Origin: Octopus sinensis | Lineage: Eukaryota | NCBI RefSeq assembly: GCF_006345805.1 | Contig: NC_042998.1 | Coordinates: 167,152,001 to 167,216,000 of the forward strand | Length of the DNA: 64,000 nt | Direction of reading: 5' to 3' | Shown: positions 26,748 to 40,166 of the stretch, one piece after another | How the letters are laid out: each line of letters begins with the position of its first letter | Position numbering within the stretch: the first letter of the stretch is position 1 | Notes under the pieces: model-generated | Told to the model about the DNA's origin: nothing | The model's database searches: none | What the model saw: only the letters and a program-made list of their open reading frames with translations | Program-made: the position numbers and the translations under genes

Positions 26748-29700
26748 CTAGCAGCATAGCCCGGCGTTGCCCGGGTATGTAAGAGCCCCTAGTAGGCAAC
26801 GACTAATCCCAATGTGTCCTTCCCTCCAGGGAACGAAGGTGCATGTGGACGTGCAATGTCTTGTCTTCACTGGAATACTTCTGTATATACGATGTTCCTA
26901 GCTGTCCGTTTGGGCGAAAACATGAAAACATCATTGGCGCTCCCAACGGTCGTGAACAGCCACGTAGAGTTGAGACCGTGGGCGAAGCACTGTTCGCCCA
27001 AATGTAACCCAGCGACTTGTAGCGTTTGGCCTTGGGATTTATGATGGACATTGCGAAGCAGCGTTGGTAAACAGGAACTGAGAACGCGCTGAAGTGGATT
27101 GGTAGGTCAGCGCCCGACGGTTGAAGGTGCATCCGTGGAATGAAGACGTCCTCTCCCTTCCCACAAATCTTCAAGTATTGTGGCCGTTATTAATGTGGGC
27201 CAAATGTTTCACAAACCAAAGTGTGCCGTTGCACTGTTTAGGTGTTTAGGTGGAACCAAATTCCTGATGAGCATAATGGGCGCACCGACTTTTAACTTCA
27301 GATGTGTGGTGGCAGGCCTGGCGGTTCAAGTGAATTCAGGAATTCAACAGGATAAATCGGCAAGCTGGGCGGGGTCTGCTGTCCTATCTATAGATTTGTA
27401 GCGTGGACATCACCAGGAATAGCTTCAAGTAGCTGGATATTGATGGAGTTGACGGTTTGTATTTTTGGGTGCGAGAATAGCTCTGCCTGCCAGCCATTTT
27501 AGGTCGCGTAAATTGTTTTGTAGGTCGTGGAAGACAGCGTCCCGGAGGCTAGCAGGGTGTGCGACATGGTGCAAAGTGAGTCCAAAAGAACGTAGCCATC
27601 CGCATCAGACAGCATCCTATTTTCACCGAGCGATAAGAGGTCCCTGGAGAATGCAGCGGATCCGCTGTCACCATTAACTGCGCGCACATGTTAGTTTGGA
27701 GGTGCAAGGGCCGCACATGTGCCCCAAGATGCTGACGACTTAAGGCACGCGCGCACGGCATCGGCACGGGTTCCTTTGGAATAACAGGTAGAGTCTGCCT
27801 GAAGTCTCCTGAAAGAAGTAAAGTTAATCCTCCCATGGGCGCCGTAGAGTCTCTGATGTCTTGCAGGGACCTGTCCGTGCCTCAAGGGCGCCTTTGTGTG
27901 CCATAGTGCACTCGTCCCATACATGAGTTTGCATCTGCGCAGAATGTCGGCCTGTTCTGAGTTCTTGGCGATGTTGCAGATAGGTGACTCGGACTTTGCC
28001 AGATCGAGCGGGAGTCCTGAAGGCAGAGTGGGGCGGTTCTGCCACCTCTGCGACCCGGAAGCAACGTGGCCGCGTACCAGACCAAAAGGCCGCGATACCC
28101 AGCCAGGGCAATTTCCGTGTTGTGTCTGACCTCTGCCAGAATTAGTTTAGTGACGAAGGTTTTGCCAGTGCCGCCGGGTGCATCAAGGAAGAAAATCCCC
28201 CACGTTGCTGTCTGACAGAGTCTACGATGATGTTGTAGGCTATGCGCTGGTCTGGAAGCAGCCGTGGTTCATTATCTTGGACTACTGTGCAGTTCCCTCA
28301 ATGCAGTAGAAGTTTCGCGTAACAATTCAGCAGAACATAAACATTGGCGTGTTCACGTGTGGGTGGTGGAAGGCCGTTACTCTGTTAAAGCATACCCACC
28401 CATATCGATGACACGCTCTTCGAGTTGAATGAGCGCAAAATTGTAAATGAAGTTGGTGAACGTGATCTCGCGGCGGAAGGGCAGTGGTTGCTGAGCCGTA
28501 CGTAAAAAGTCGTGCGACATGTCATCCCTTATTTCAATCCAGAGACTTAGTGGATCACTAAGCTGACATTTTTGAAGAAGGATTGCGAAAAGATGTCGTA
28601 GGGCCGAATGCGTTTGCAGTAAAGCACCCTCTGCCATCGTGGCGTCCCACTGGGAGTCATCCTCTTAGAAGGCCAAGTCTCATACATGCTTTCCCTGAAG
28701 GTGTCGCACAGAACCCCATTGCGGTACGTATATTGGCGAAACCTGTTGGACCAGTGACCTCATGTAGAGGAGACGGAGGTAGAAGCATTCTTGTTGGTTT
28801 GGCGGGGATGTTGTAAACTCGACCCAGGCAGGAGTCAAACTTGACGCTTGGGAAGCTTTCGACGTTTTTGCCGGATTTCCGTCGAACCCAGGTGTTTTTA
28901 AGACCACACGAAGTACGATGGGACCTGTGGGTACAAAGCGTTCGAGCGAAGTCATCACGTTGGCATAATTTGAAGAAACCAGTCAACGTTGTGTCTTTAG
29001 GCTGGTGGCTATCTGCACAGCACTTTGCTCTGTGAAGTAAATCCGCTGTCCATTTTCCAAGTGTACAGCAAGCTGCACCACAGCCGGGTGTCTCTGATGA
29101 GCGGAAGCCCGTAAATGCGCCAAAACGCTTCGTTGCTGCTGAGGTACCGGCCAGCCAAGTAGTTGGGACACTTCGTCGCGACTGGTGGTCCTCTGGATGC
29201 TGAACATGGCAGCATCGCTGCCTTTGTTGATATATTTGCAGACATATTGTATTGACCTGATGGAGCTGCAGAACTCAACGGTTGACGTGGGCTTTGAATA
29301 TCTTCGACAGGAGAGGACAGTAGGGGACATGTAGCTGTTGTCCACTTCATGTCGCCCAACCGTAATCGTGCGGCCTCCATTGGCTGGACTCCTTCGTTTG
29401 GTACAGCGGATACCCATCGCCGCCTGTTTGAGTCTCCAAAGTGAACCGTTAGGGAATCCCTTTGAGCAGCTAATCCGTTTTTGTAGCATGGTGTGTTGGC
29501 GTAATTGGGCCACAGGGCCCGTGTCGTCTATGTAGTGCGGACAATTTCGTAGAGTCCGGGTCCTCATCGGGGTCAGGAATCTCGGCGGAAATGAATTTGT
29601 CAATGTCATTAGTCTCGATTTTATGAGTGAGCCAAATTAAGATGTGAGCATGTGGCATGTGGCAGCCCCTCTTTTGCCACACTCGCAACGCATGCATGTC

Positions 29701-32700
29701 GCACCTGACATGCCCGAAAAATGACCACCCTTAATACTATCAATCCTTCATTTTGCCCAAATTCAGACGGAAAACCCAAGCACGATGTCGTGTCGATGGG
29801 TGTGGAGATTGACCGGGAGGAGTTCGCGAGTGATTTCGTCGCAGCTGGATGCATTGCACGTCTGGTGATAAAAGAGGTCCGGCCGGCCGTAAATGCGCAC
29901 GTAGGTCAAGGCGTCTTGGGTCCTTTCACTGCGCATATATCGCGGTCCTCCCGTGAAGGTGGAGTGTAGAATGCATGGCTTGCCGATGTTGCGAGGGTCA
30001 TTTTCTTGTTGCAAAACCGTCACGGAGATGAATGTAGGAGTCGGAGCGAAGTTGTGTCTGATTAAGTTTAATGTATAGCAGCCTTTCCGATTCCATTTTT
30101 GCGGCCTGTCGACGGCGAACTGGTGTGAAGAGCTGACGACAACCGGGGCAATAAGTTGAACTCACCCTCCCTGACCATGAACCGGTATGAGTAGAACGCC
30201 CTGCAGGAAACCGTCTTGATGCCGCAGTAGTTTGATTGAAGGGTGCCGTAAAGGAATTCCGAAGTGGTAGCCGTCTCCCCCATAAGGAAAAGCAATGGAT
30301 ACTGAAGCGCGTCATAAGATCTGTGAGTCTCGCTGATCCGTGTAGTTGTTACCACGGGAGGAGATGATTATGTCACGGCTGTTGTGTTGCTCTCCGTGTA
30401 TGACTGCGGCATTTCGTTGCACGCAGGGTGCGTTGAAACGGCGTCGTGCTCCCCTCCCCGTGGGGTCGTTTATCAGCATCAATGACACGGTGAAGTTTGG
30501 AGATGGAGCACTGTCCCAAGGCTATCTGAAGCTGCAGACGTAGTAGCTGTTGATATCATGAAGCATGGTTTTGGAGACGGAGAAGAATGTCTTTTCGGGA
30601 ACATAGCTTGTACCCGGTATTATTCCAAGGCGTGCATCAACCTGGTGGTTGTAGTCGGCAATGAAGTATATTTGGAGGAAATAAGACTGCTGAATCTCGT
30701 CGGCAGAAGTGACCCATAAGATGGTAGACCTGTCCTGCACTTTGAAAGTAGGCATCCAGCCTTCTCTGGGAGGAATTTTGGCCCCGAAAGAGGTCATTTG
30801 AATGAGCAGTTGTACTTTCGAATTATTTCAAGGAATTGTGACGAATCGGGGGTTAAACCCCGCCGCGAGATCCTTCAGTGGTTGAGGTGGTTCCCGTAGG
30901 GGTGGCAGGTCCGTTTTGCCACCAGAGCAGCACAAACCAGGTGGCTCTCCGGGCCATTTCTCGGCTTTGCAAAACTGGCATACAATTGTCATTGACCCTA
31001 TCTTGATGTCGTCACGCAGGAGAAGTTAATTGTGGCGTCGTAGTTGAATGCTAGTGACAACCAGAAAGCGGGGGCAGGGGTACGTACACCACGAATGATA
31101 TCCCGACGTTTGTTGATACTCTCAAGTCGAGTGCACCGTGCCTCAGGAGATTCAGATGCACGTGCGACAGCGCGGTAGTAACAGTGGCATCCCTTGAAAG
31201 CCTTTCAGCTCTCGCCTCAGCACCCTCTGAAGCCCTAGCAGAAGCAGTGCTAATGGCATGTCTGGATGTCCGAATAGTCCGTTGGTGTGGAGTTTCGGCA
31301 GATCGAGCCCTGGCTGTTTGCGGCGTTAGCAGCTTGGCGAGCTCTCCTCTGTTGAGGTGTTTCGGCAGCTTTGGCCATGGCTTTGTTGCGGCGTCGTCAG
31401 CACATTGGCGAGTCTCCTCTGCTGTGAGGTTTCGACAGATCGTGTCCTGGCGGTGCTAGTGGCGTTAGCCGCATTCCGAATGGCTCTTTGTTCGGGGTTC
31501 TCGCGAGCTCTGCGGATGGAAGCACAGTAAGAAGCCCGCATGTTTTGGCTGGACTGTTGCTCTTTCGTCAACCTCGAGCGGAGGGAAGATCTGTACGCTG
31601 CGACCCTTGCAAGTCGGGTAGAACGGTCGCTAGTAGTTTCAGATGGCTGAGCAGCGGCATAACGGGAAGCTGTTTGCGAGAGGCGCAAGGCGGTTTCCTC
31701 GTGGGTCTCGCGTGCCCTTCTAGCCCTAGCAGCCGATGCCTTGGCCGTCCGAGGGCTGAGGAGGGTCCTTCTCTTCTTCGGGGGCATTTTGGTGGATAGC
31801 AATGTGTTTGGCAAAGGTGTAATAAAAAGGAACACGTGGGGTAAGTATTTTGGTGGATAGCAATGTGTTTGGTAAAGGTGTAATAAAAAGGAGCTCGTGG
31901 GGTAAGTATCCGAAAATGTATAAAAATGTACAAAAACGGCCAAAAAGCTGGCAGCAATGTGAGTGACAACAACGAAAAAGTCAAAAGTGATCAAACTGAA
32001 CAAACGAAAGGAAAAGTTTTTTGATGCACACGACAAAAGTGGTTTATAATAAACCAAGAGTTTGCAAGTAGCGTCCGAGGACCGTTAGGGTACGTCAAAA
32101 ATTGAAGGTAAAACGTTTGGGGTGGTAGTTATAAAGAAAGTTTAAACAAAAAAAGTATTCGAATAACTTGCGGCTGCAGCAGCTATTAGCAGAAGTGGCG
32201 GTGTTGGGGGTAAAGTCTCGAATGTAATTTCTTCCTGGTAGGAATTGGTTGGATCGAATTATCGATAGCTAAAAAGGTTAAGTTGCGTCCCCTAGACAGT
32301 CTGGTTTGTGTTTAATACACAAATTTGTTTGCTATGTGTGCCACATATGATTAAATTAACCGATTTTTTCCAATAATGTATCCTATTGGAATAAAAAGGG
32401 CTATATAGCTCCTTGGAGCAGACATGATGCTCGTTGTGAAAAAAAAAAGATTCCTGCCAATTTGTGAAAGATATTGTCGAAAATATGTCATCTTGAATTT
32501 GAACGCGATTTCCCAAAATGGCATGATTTTATCGATTGTTTCTGATGGTAAGGTATTGCATGGAAAACTAAAGTCAGAATTGAGTTTCTTAGGGTAACAT
32601 TAAGCTTCACCATGAGTTTGGTGAAAATCGATTGCAAGTTGTGAAAACTACCATAGATAATGCGTTGCATAAAAAAAGCTTAGATTCTCGAGTTGCGTCC

Positions 32701-32938
32701 CCTAGACAGTCTGTGGTTCATGTTTATGATTCTCGACCCCATGTCGAATTTATCAATTTTTTTCAGAACTGGGGGAACTTTTCAAAATTTTCGCTGCGTT
32801 AGTTTTGAATTATGACATTGGGCTATGTGTGTGTCAAGTTTCATCAGAATCGGTTGAAAGCCGTGGTCAGGGTGAGGGTACGAGAAAACAGACACACAGA
32901 AGCACGCACAGACAAACTGCCGTTTATATATAGAGAGA
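26748..32938 (-). mobile_element. Full-length autonomous-type Helitron (6191 bp)
   Basis: Minus-strand 5' end A|TCTCTCTATATATAAAC at 32938; 3' end CCCGG-GCAACG-CCGGG hairpin followed by CTATGCTGCTAG|T at 26748; A|T insertion with no TSD. Confidence 0.95.
26867..31787 (-). pseudogene. Helitron Rep (HUH endonuclease)-PIF1 helicase ORF, frameshifted in this assembly (about 1600 aa if repaired)
   Basis: MPPKKRR start at 31787; Arg-rich N-terminus; CQFCKAEKW...CCSGGK; MTSFGA; ISETHRSYDALQYPL; YGRPDLF; PHAHILIWL (HUH); YVCKYINKG; FLDAPGGTGKTF (Walker A, 28158-28196); VWDECTM; [10 protein letters not shown]; NIVYTEVFQ* with stop at 26867. Confidence 0.92.
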
Positions 32939-33680
32939 TTTAGTCTTAGAGGAGTCTAGAAAAGAGGGAGATCTTGTTAGAAAACTAGAAAAAGCACATA
33001 GCAGAAGCATAGCGACCGATCTGCTGGCGGCGAGACTGGTCCTTGACCAAGTCTTCAATGCCAAGCACGAAGGTTGTGTTGTCAAAGCTAAGACGCGTGT
33101 ACTAAGACATGAGGGGGTGAACGCCGTTTACTGGGACCAGTTGGCGGAGGTGCAACGTGGAAACAAAGCAACAATTCAGTCTTTGACGGGCTTGCCTCTT
33201 ACTCCTCGAATCCAAACAGATGTGAGTAGAAATTTAGCGGCACTTTGTTGAACTGTACGGAGCGCACGGTGGGGCGAAGCCAGAGGTGGATTTCACCTCC
33301 AAACTTGAAAACATGCTGCACCTTTCGGCCAACAGTTCGGAGTTCTGCGAAATGCCGTTAACAGCCGAAGATATACAAGACGTGATGATTAGCTGCTCAC
33401 GAAAGAAGTCTCCGAGACAGGATGGTCAGCCCTTTGAGCTTTATCTTCATATGCCAGACTTGTTCGGTGATTTCTTGGCGGATGTGTACCGCACCTGGCA
33501 ACAGAACAGGAAAATCCCCTGTACTGAGAGCCATGGCGTGATGGCGCTGCTAAAAAAGGACCCGTTCCTGGGTAACGAAATAGATAATTTTAGACCCGTA
33601 ACTCTACTAATTGCAGATTACAAGATTTTGGCCAAGATGTTAGTCAAGAGGTTGGCGCTTGTTGTCGATAAACAAAAGTT
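32939..33680 (+). pseudogene. Tx1/L1-type LINE ORF2 fragment (linker and RT N-terminus)
   Basis: KKSPRQDGQPFELY...NFRPVTLLIADYKILAKMLVKRL matches the L1/Tx1 SPGPDG...RPISLL.DYKILAK..A.RL block. Confidence 0.88.
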
Positions 33681-34641
33681 CTTTTATCTAGGGTTTTATA
33701 AATTCTTCTATCAAACACATCTACCTTGCACTCTAGACATTCCCTAGTCTCTTGAAAAACTGGTATCTCGATTGAGAAGGATTCTAAATTTCTGTATTTT
33801 CATATTTCTCCCTCTCAGATGACGATATACTTAACTTACCTAGAATTCTTTTGTCAATAACATATGATCTACCTGCTTAGCTATTCTAGAAACAACTGTA
33901 AGAGAATTTACGTATCTATTATAACTAATCTACACTATGTTTATATTATACATTAAATATTCTAGAGTGAAACCAAATATTTTGCATGTTCATTATCTGC
34001 TTTAATGTATATCTACCCGCTCAATGATGAACCACTTCTAGCCGTCTTTAATAGGCAATTTCAGCAGCACATTTTTCAGTTGCAGATTAACCCGGAGTTT
34101 TTGTGGTAAACGGAACTGAGTACTGATAATACATACCTATTACATTACGTCAGTTGACGAAATTTTTTTTGTATTATATATTACCTTTAATTTTAACGTC
34201 TTATTAATGTTAGCTTTCTCCCCACCCCATTAACAAAGAGAACGACCACGATAAATGAGCAATACAAAAATAAGAATAATTTAATGATAAATATTTGCCG
34301 TAGAATGATTGTAATCTCTGTTATTGTTGCTGTTATTCTTATTGGATTTTTTTGCTGCTATCGTTGTCGAACGATTAGCATAACATTTTATGGTTGCATG
34401 AAGGCATATAATACATTCTGCTATCTATATTTTATGACGATGTTCTATTTTTCATGAACTATTAAAATTGAAAGCGTTTACGTTTAAGTAAAAGGACACG
34501 TATACAATTCGTGTTTGAATATTGAATACTCACACAAACACAAACAGACACACTCACTCGTGCACGCGTACACACGCACACACACACGTATATACATATC
34601 TATATATATATACATACATATACATGTATGTATGTATATGT

Positions 34642-34690
<49 letters not shown>

Positions 34691-34964
34691 CCTATGTATA
34701 TACATATATGTATATGAAGTTTATCTTTATGTACATTTATACCATAAACACGCACCAGTAGATATACACATTCATACATTTAAGGACTCATCCACACACA
34801 ACGCGCACGCATACGCACGCACGCGCAGACACATGCATACAAACATACATACATACATACATAATACATACATACATACATACATACATACATACATACA
34901 TACATACATACATACATACATACATACATGCACATTTGTGAATGTAAAGGAAGGGAATTGAGTT

Positions 34965-35710
34965 TGGGCAGCTTCGCGGCATTTCGTCCGTCTTAATGTT
35001 CTGAGTTCAAATTTTGCCGAAGTCAGCTTTGCCTTTTATTCTTTCGGGGTTGATAAAATTGAGGGTTGATGTAATCGACTTACCGCCATCAGAGAAATTG
35101 CTGATCTTGTGTCCAAATTGGAAACGATCAAGTCGGCGATCTGGCAGAATTGTTAGTACGCCGGGGAAAATACTTAGCGGCATTTCGTTAATCTTTGTGT
35201 TCTGAGCTCGAATGTTGCAAGGTGGACAGTCAAGTACTTGGGTCGATGCAACCGACTAGCTCGCTTCTCTCAAAAAACTTCTCTCCCTGTGCCAAAATTT
35301 GAAACCATTATTAAGGCGGCGAACTGCAGAATCGTTTGAGCCGGACAAAAGGCTTAGCAGCTTTACGTTTGGATTTGAAATTCCGCCGAGATCGACTTTA
35401 CTCCTCATTCTTTCGGGGTCGATAAAATATGTACCAGTTGAGCACTGAGGTCGTTGTAATCGACTTACATGTACCACCACCACCACCACCACCACCAAAC
35501 TGCAGGCTTTGTGCCAAAATTTGAAACTATTACTACAATTATTATGGCGGCGAGCTAGCAAGAATTGTTAGCACACCGGACAAATGCTTAGCGGTGTTTC
35601 TACGGTTTTATGTTCTGAGTTCAAATTTCGAGTTTGCCTTTCATCCTTTCGTGATACATAGAATAAAAACTAAGCCCTGGGATTGATGTAATCGACTTAA
35701 CCCCACCCCT
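34965..35710 (+). mobile_element. Four head-to-tail SINE family B copies
   Basis: Units at about 34965-35127, 35130-35311, 35312-35543 and 35544-35710; units 2-4 begin with ggcg...gcagaat-like heads and all share the gttctgagttcaaatt-like core. Confidence 0.85.
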
Positions 35711-36669
35711 GCTCTAATCCAGGGAGAGGTCCTGAATTGAAAGAGAGAAGAAGCTTGATGATGTATAATAAATTCATGTAAAGATTATAACTTAAATGCT
35801 CACAACTAGATTCTCTTCAAGAGAAATTAAGTTTATTACAGTTACATTAAATTAAATTTAATTTAACTATGTGCAATTGCTTAGTTTAAATTAGATTAAG
35901 TGATTATATTAAAGAACCGAGTGCTTGATAAAGCTAGTCATTCAGCGATTACTTGTTCCGTCAGATCACTTGTCTTGTTATCAACATTATTTCCGGATAA
36001 TCTCATTAGTATGTCCGTCTGCAATGGTTTGATCTTTAGGGAGTGTATTTGTTTCTGATTGTATATGTCATGTCATTTACTTCATCCCGTTAAGATTTTT
36101 CTCCTATGACTCTGACATAGTTTTTTGTTAACCTACTCGACCGGATTCAGAAGTGAGTTTCTTGCTTCAGCCCTGCAACCCTCATCACGTCGACGTGACG
36201 TCCCAGTCTTAGACACTGTTCAATTGTTATGGCCACAGGAAATGGTCTGATAAACTTTCTGTCTTAGTTCCGAATTTGGTACGTTTGTTCAGTGTTTTGA
36301 AACTTCTTCTGATGGATAATACATGAAAGTTTAATAAACCCCAGTAGCCTGTTTATTGTTTTCCCTAGATAATTTCTTTTTCTTGATTTGATAGCTGCCT
36401 GCTGATGTTAGGGGTGGAGGGCCTTTTGAAGGTTCTGCCCTGTTATGGGTGACCAGCATTATATTGCAAAGATTTTTTGAACTAGTAACAAGCTCATCAC
36501 CCCGCTTACTGGTTCTAATGCGGGTAACGCGACCCTTATTCACTCGGGCGACGACCAATCCGATATAAATTCTGCTTTGTTGTCGTTAAGATGTTAAAGG
36601 TTTGCAAAGCCCACAAAGATTGATGTTTTGAATGAGACACCATCACCTTTATTCATCGTTACTCAAAGA

Positions 36670-36870
36670 AACCTGGTAGAATCGTTAGCACACCCGGCAA
36701 AATGCTGAACGACATTTCATCCGTCTTTACGTTCTGAGTTCACATTCCACCGAGGTCAACTTTGTATCTCTTCCTTTCGCAGTCGATAAAATAAAAAGCA
36801 GTTGAGCAGTGGGTCGATGTAATCGACTGTCCTCGCTCCCAAACTTTCAGACCTTGTACCAATGGTAGGA
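36670..36870 (+). mobile_element. SINE family B followed by (ATT)n/(GTT)n
   Basis: ggtagaatcgttagcac...gttctgagttcacattccaccgaggtcaac. Confidence 0.85.
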
Positions 36871-36913
36871 AGGATTATTATTATTATTATTATTATTATT
36901 GTTGTTGTTGTTG

Positions 36914-36939
<26 letters not shown>

Positions 36940-36944
<5 letters not shown>

Positions 36945-37370
36945 GAGTGACAGTGCAGTGCATACCATCAAAGTGGCACTGGGGTACAAATATACGAAGC
37001 CCAGTATACCCATCATGACTACCCGTCTGATAAGTGTACACTAGGCACATGCATTACAACCATATGTGCGCGACATAGTGATCTCATATCAAGATTAACA
37101 GCACATGATCTTGCAGGTGGGACCCAGTTAGAATTTTCTTCAGGTTGGGTAGCCCAAAAGATCCCTGAATAAGGGTTATATAAGGATGTTGAACGAAACA
37201 CCCATGTTTCCAAAGGTGAATTATCCAAACCCTAAATAATTCCTCTCAACACATGGTTATGATGCTCCCCCACTACTTCTGCTTGTGATCAGAGATGCAT
37301 GTATCGTCAGCCAGTAGAGGACATGCTCAACTGGTTGAGATCAAACAACTGACAAACAAATCTGCTATGT
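36940..37370. repeat. Interspersed repeat, probably retroposon-derived
   Basis: Recognised from memory as a frequent octopus repeat (gcagtgcataccatcaaagtggcactgggg...); single copy in this window. Confidence 0.5.
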
Positions 37371-37394
37371 TGTCATGACGTCTCTTATATTCTT

Positions 37395-39530
37395 TCTGGG
37401 TTAGTGGCGATTATTGACTGGTAATATGACATATGGTTTCGTCATTTTGTCTACAAATTCTGTACTTATCAATTTCTGATGTGTTGTCTATTCTGTATTT
37501 GATGTAATTGGTTCTTAATGCTTGCTCTTGGGCAGCACAGATTAGAGCCTCCGTTTCCGATTTTAAATCACTTTTATTTATCAATAGCCATCTTTTTTCT
37601 CTGTCTGTCTTATCCCTATGAAATTGTCCTTGCATTTTTTTTTTACTCACCTATTTTCAGTTTCATTCCTTCTCAAGTGCTTTATATTTGCAATCTTCCG
37701 TCCTACATAAGCCTGACCTTCTTACTTCCAATAATAGCGGCTTTTTTTACTATGCTATGTTGTTTTCTGCTGCTCTAATGCTGTGTTCGCATCCAATCAG
37801 TCCTCTTCTTCCTCTTTTTTTTGATACATACAGTCTCTGTGTGTCACTTTTTGAGTGGAGTATCCCACATCAAGTCAGCAACTTCCTTGTCTTTCTGTAT
37901 AAGCTGTTTATTTCGTCTACTGTCAGTGCAATTACCCCTGTTCCATATCTAAGGAGCGAAACGGCCCAGATGTTGATACATTCAGTCTTATTCCACCCGT
38001 TTCGACTTAAGGATCAGTTTCAGTCTGCACAAATACTCCACCTTAAATTTTTCAGTCATTTCTTTCACCATCAATTTATCCATTTCCAATATCCCCAAGT
38101 ACTTATAGCCCGTCTCTTCTATTTGCTGCATAACCCCACCCCACCCTCGACGGTATCGCTAGCCCGTCAATGCATTTAATTTTGCCTCTCTTCAAGACTA
38201 ACACACCGCACTGTTTCAGTCCGAACTCCATTCTGATATCAGCAATGAAAGTATACACCGTGTCAACGAGGGAACTGACTTGGGATTCATTTTTACCATA
38301 AAGTTTGAGGTCATCCGGATGTTACTCCAAAACCTTTGACTTTTAATTTTATCTGGTATCAACTTTTCATCTATACTTTCCATTTATTTCTTTGTAGAAT
38401 CTCTTCTGATCTACTCTGAATAGCCTATTCTGTTGGTATCCCTTCATTCTTTGGACGTATTTTACTATCCTTGCTTTCTTTGCAACGAGGCGCTGTTTCA
38501 GTTCCTCCATTACCACGTTCAGACCCTTTTTTCATACTTCCTGTTCGGTGCCCTGTATTTATGTTCGCTTTTAAGATCCCACTTCTCTTTTCGGTCTAAC
38601 ACAGAAATGTCCTTCGAGAGCATATCTAACCCCACCTGTATTCTTCTTTTCCACAATGGATCTTTTCTTTTGTCACACCCATTATATTTCTTTTCTTGAC
38701 ATCAACACCCATATTTTCTGCGACATCAATACTTGGTGTCGTGATCAAATTAGTTGTTTCTATGATGTTTTTGTTTCTTGGTTCAATTTCCACTGAACAG
38801 CATTTGTAAGGCCGCAAATAATGTCGCTATCGTACTCCTGTATCCTTACCTTTATTCTGTCGTAGATTAACTTTTACCCATCTGTCATGTCACCGTTATT
38901 TTTATTGTCTTCTTACAGACCAACTATATGTCTCGCATATAGCAAGTTATCAATGTTCCTTTCCTGTGGTTTATTAGAGATCATACCTGTGTTTTCTGCT
39001 ATCAGATTACTTTTATTAGTAAGAACTGTATTTTCATCGTTCCCTCGGCTGCTGTTTTCCAATACCCGTCTTTTGATAGCTTTGAGCTTTACTTCTGTGA
39101 ACCAACGACTTTTTTCCTATTACTCTAGCTTGATTACATAATCTCTGTTCCGCGAGTTGAAACAATCCTCTTTCACTTCATTGATCATATATACATTGTC
39201 GGTATCCCCTAATATAAGCACCATTTTCGTCTTCAGAGTTGCTCAGGTAGTAACACTCCATGATCACAGCATTGACTTGTTTGTTCGATCTACGCCGTAT
39301 GTACTGGTCCATTGCTGGATAATGACAGGCTGGAGTCGGACCAGTATCTCTGAGCCTGCTGGGTGTAACTCTCACCATCAAGGGCTTCAGTTTCGTTATC
39401 ACCGCTATTCACAATGTTTTGTTTGTTCATTATCACTGGTATGGGGTTGTGCAATTACCAGTGTTTTTATTGTGACACCATCACTAGATGTATCATCGAT
39501 CAGGACATGGCAAGATTCCAACCGCATCCT
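37395..39530 (-). pseudogene. R4/Dong-type non-LTR retrotransposon, degraded and internally deleted
   Basis: N-terminal VIMECYYLS..GYRQ; RT PDDLKLYGKNESQ...IRMEFGLKQCGV (about 38330-38200); LKSETEALICAAQEQALRTNY and zinc-knuckle remnant RICRQNDETICHI. Confidence 0.85.
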
Positions 39531-39619
39531 TTCATTATTATTATTATTATTATCATCATCATCATCATCACTGATATTATTTTCAGTTTTTACTATATGC
39601 TGAGTATGATGGAAAGTGT

Positions 39620-39870
39620 CAGCTGTCTACAGCCAGCAGACTAAGGTGACACTTGTTTATTGATCATGCTTCAAGAACCCTGCAAAGAATTCTTGCAGTT
39701 CCAAGAAATACTGATTTTTGTAGGTGTTCTACCTTCACACTTGCACCAATCTTTTTCAGCCAAGTTGGTAGTTGAGTGTTGATACTTCCAAGTGCAACAA
39801 TTACTACTGGTATAACAACTATTTTCATTGACCACAACTTTCGTATTTCCTACTTCAAATCGTCATAGTT
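39620..39870 (-). mobile_element. R4/Dong LINE 3' end fragment
   Basis: Minus strand translates ...VIPVVIVALGSI...LQKSVFLGTARILCRVLEA*. Confidence 0.75.
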
Positions 39871-39987
39871 GTTTATTTTTTCTTCTTCATTCACATTGAT
39901 TCTATTGTCACCGGGCATGCTATGTCGTTTATCATACATGTTCTTTCTTTTTTATTCGCCACATGTACGGTGTCTATTTTATTATTA

Positions 39988-40052
<65 letters not shown>

Positions 40053-40068
40053 GCTGCTACTGCTGCTG

Positions 40069-40120
<52 letters not shown>

Positions 40121-40121
40121 C

Positions 40122-40156
<35 letters not shown>

Positions 40157-40166
40157 AACTATTATA

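Noticed and set aside
31184-31799. Plus-strand ORFs 31184-31459 and 31488-31799 as captured host genes
   Set aside because: They are antisense shadows of the GC-rich, Arg/Ala-rich Helitron N-terminus.
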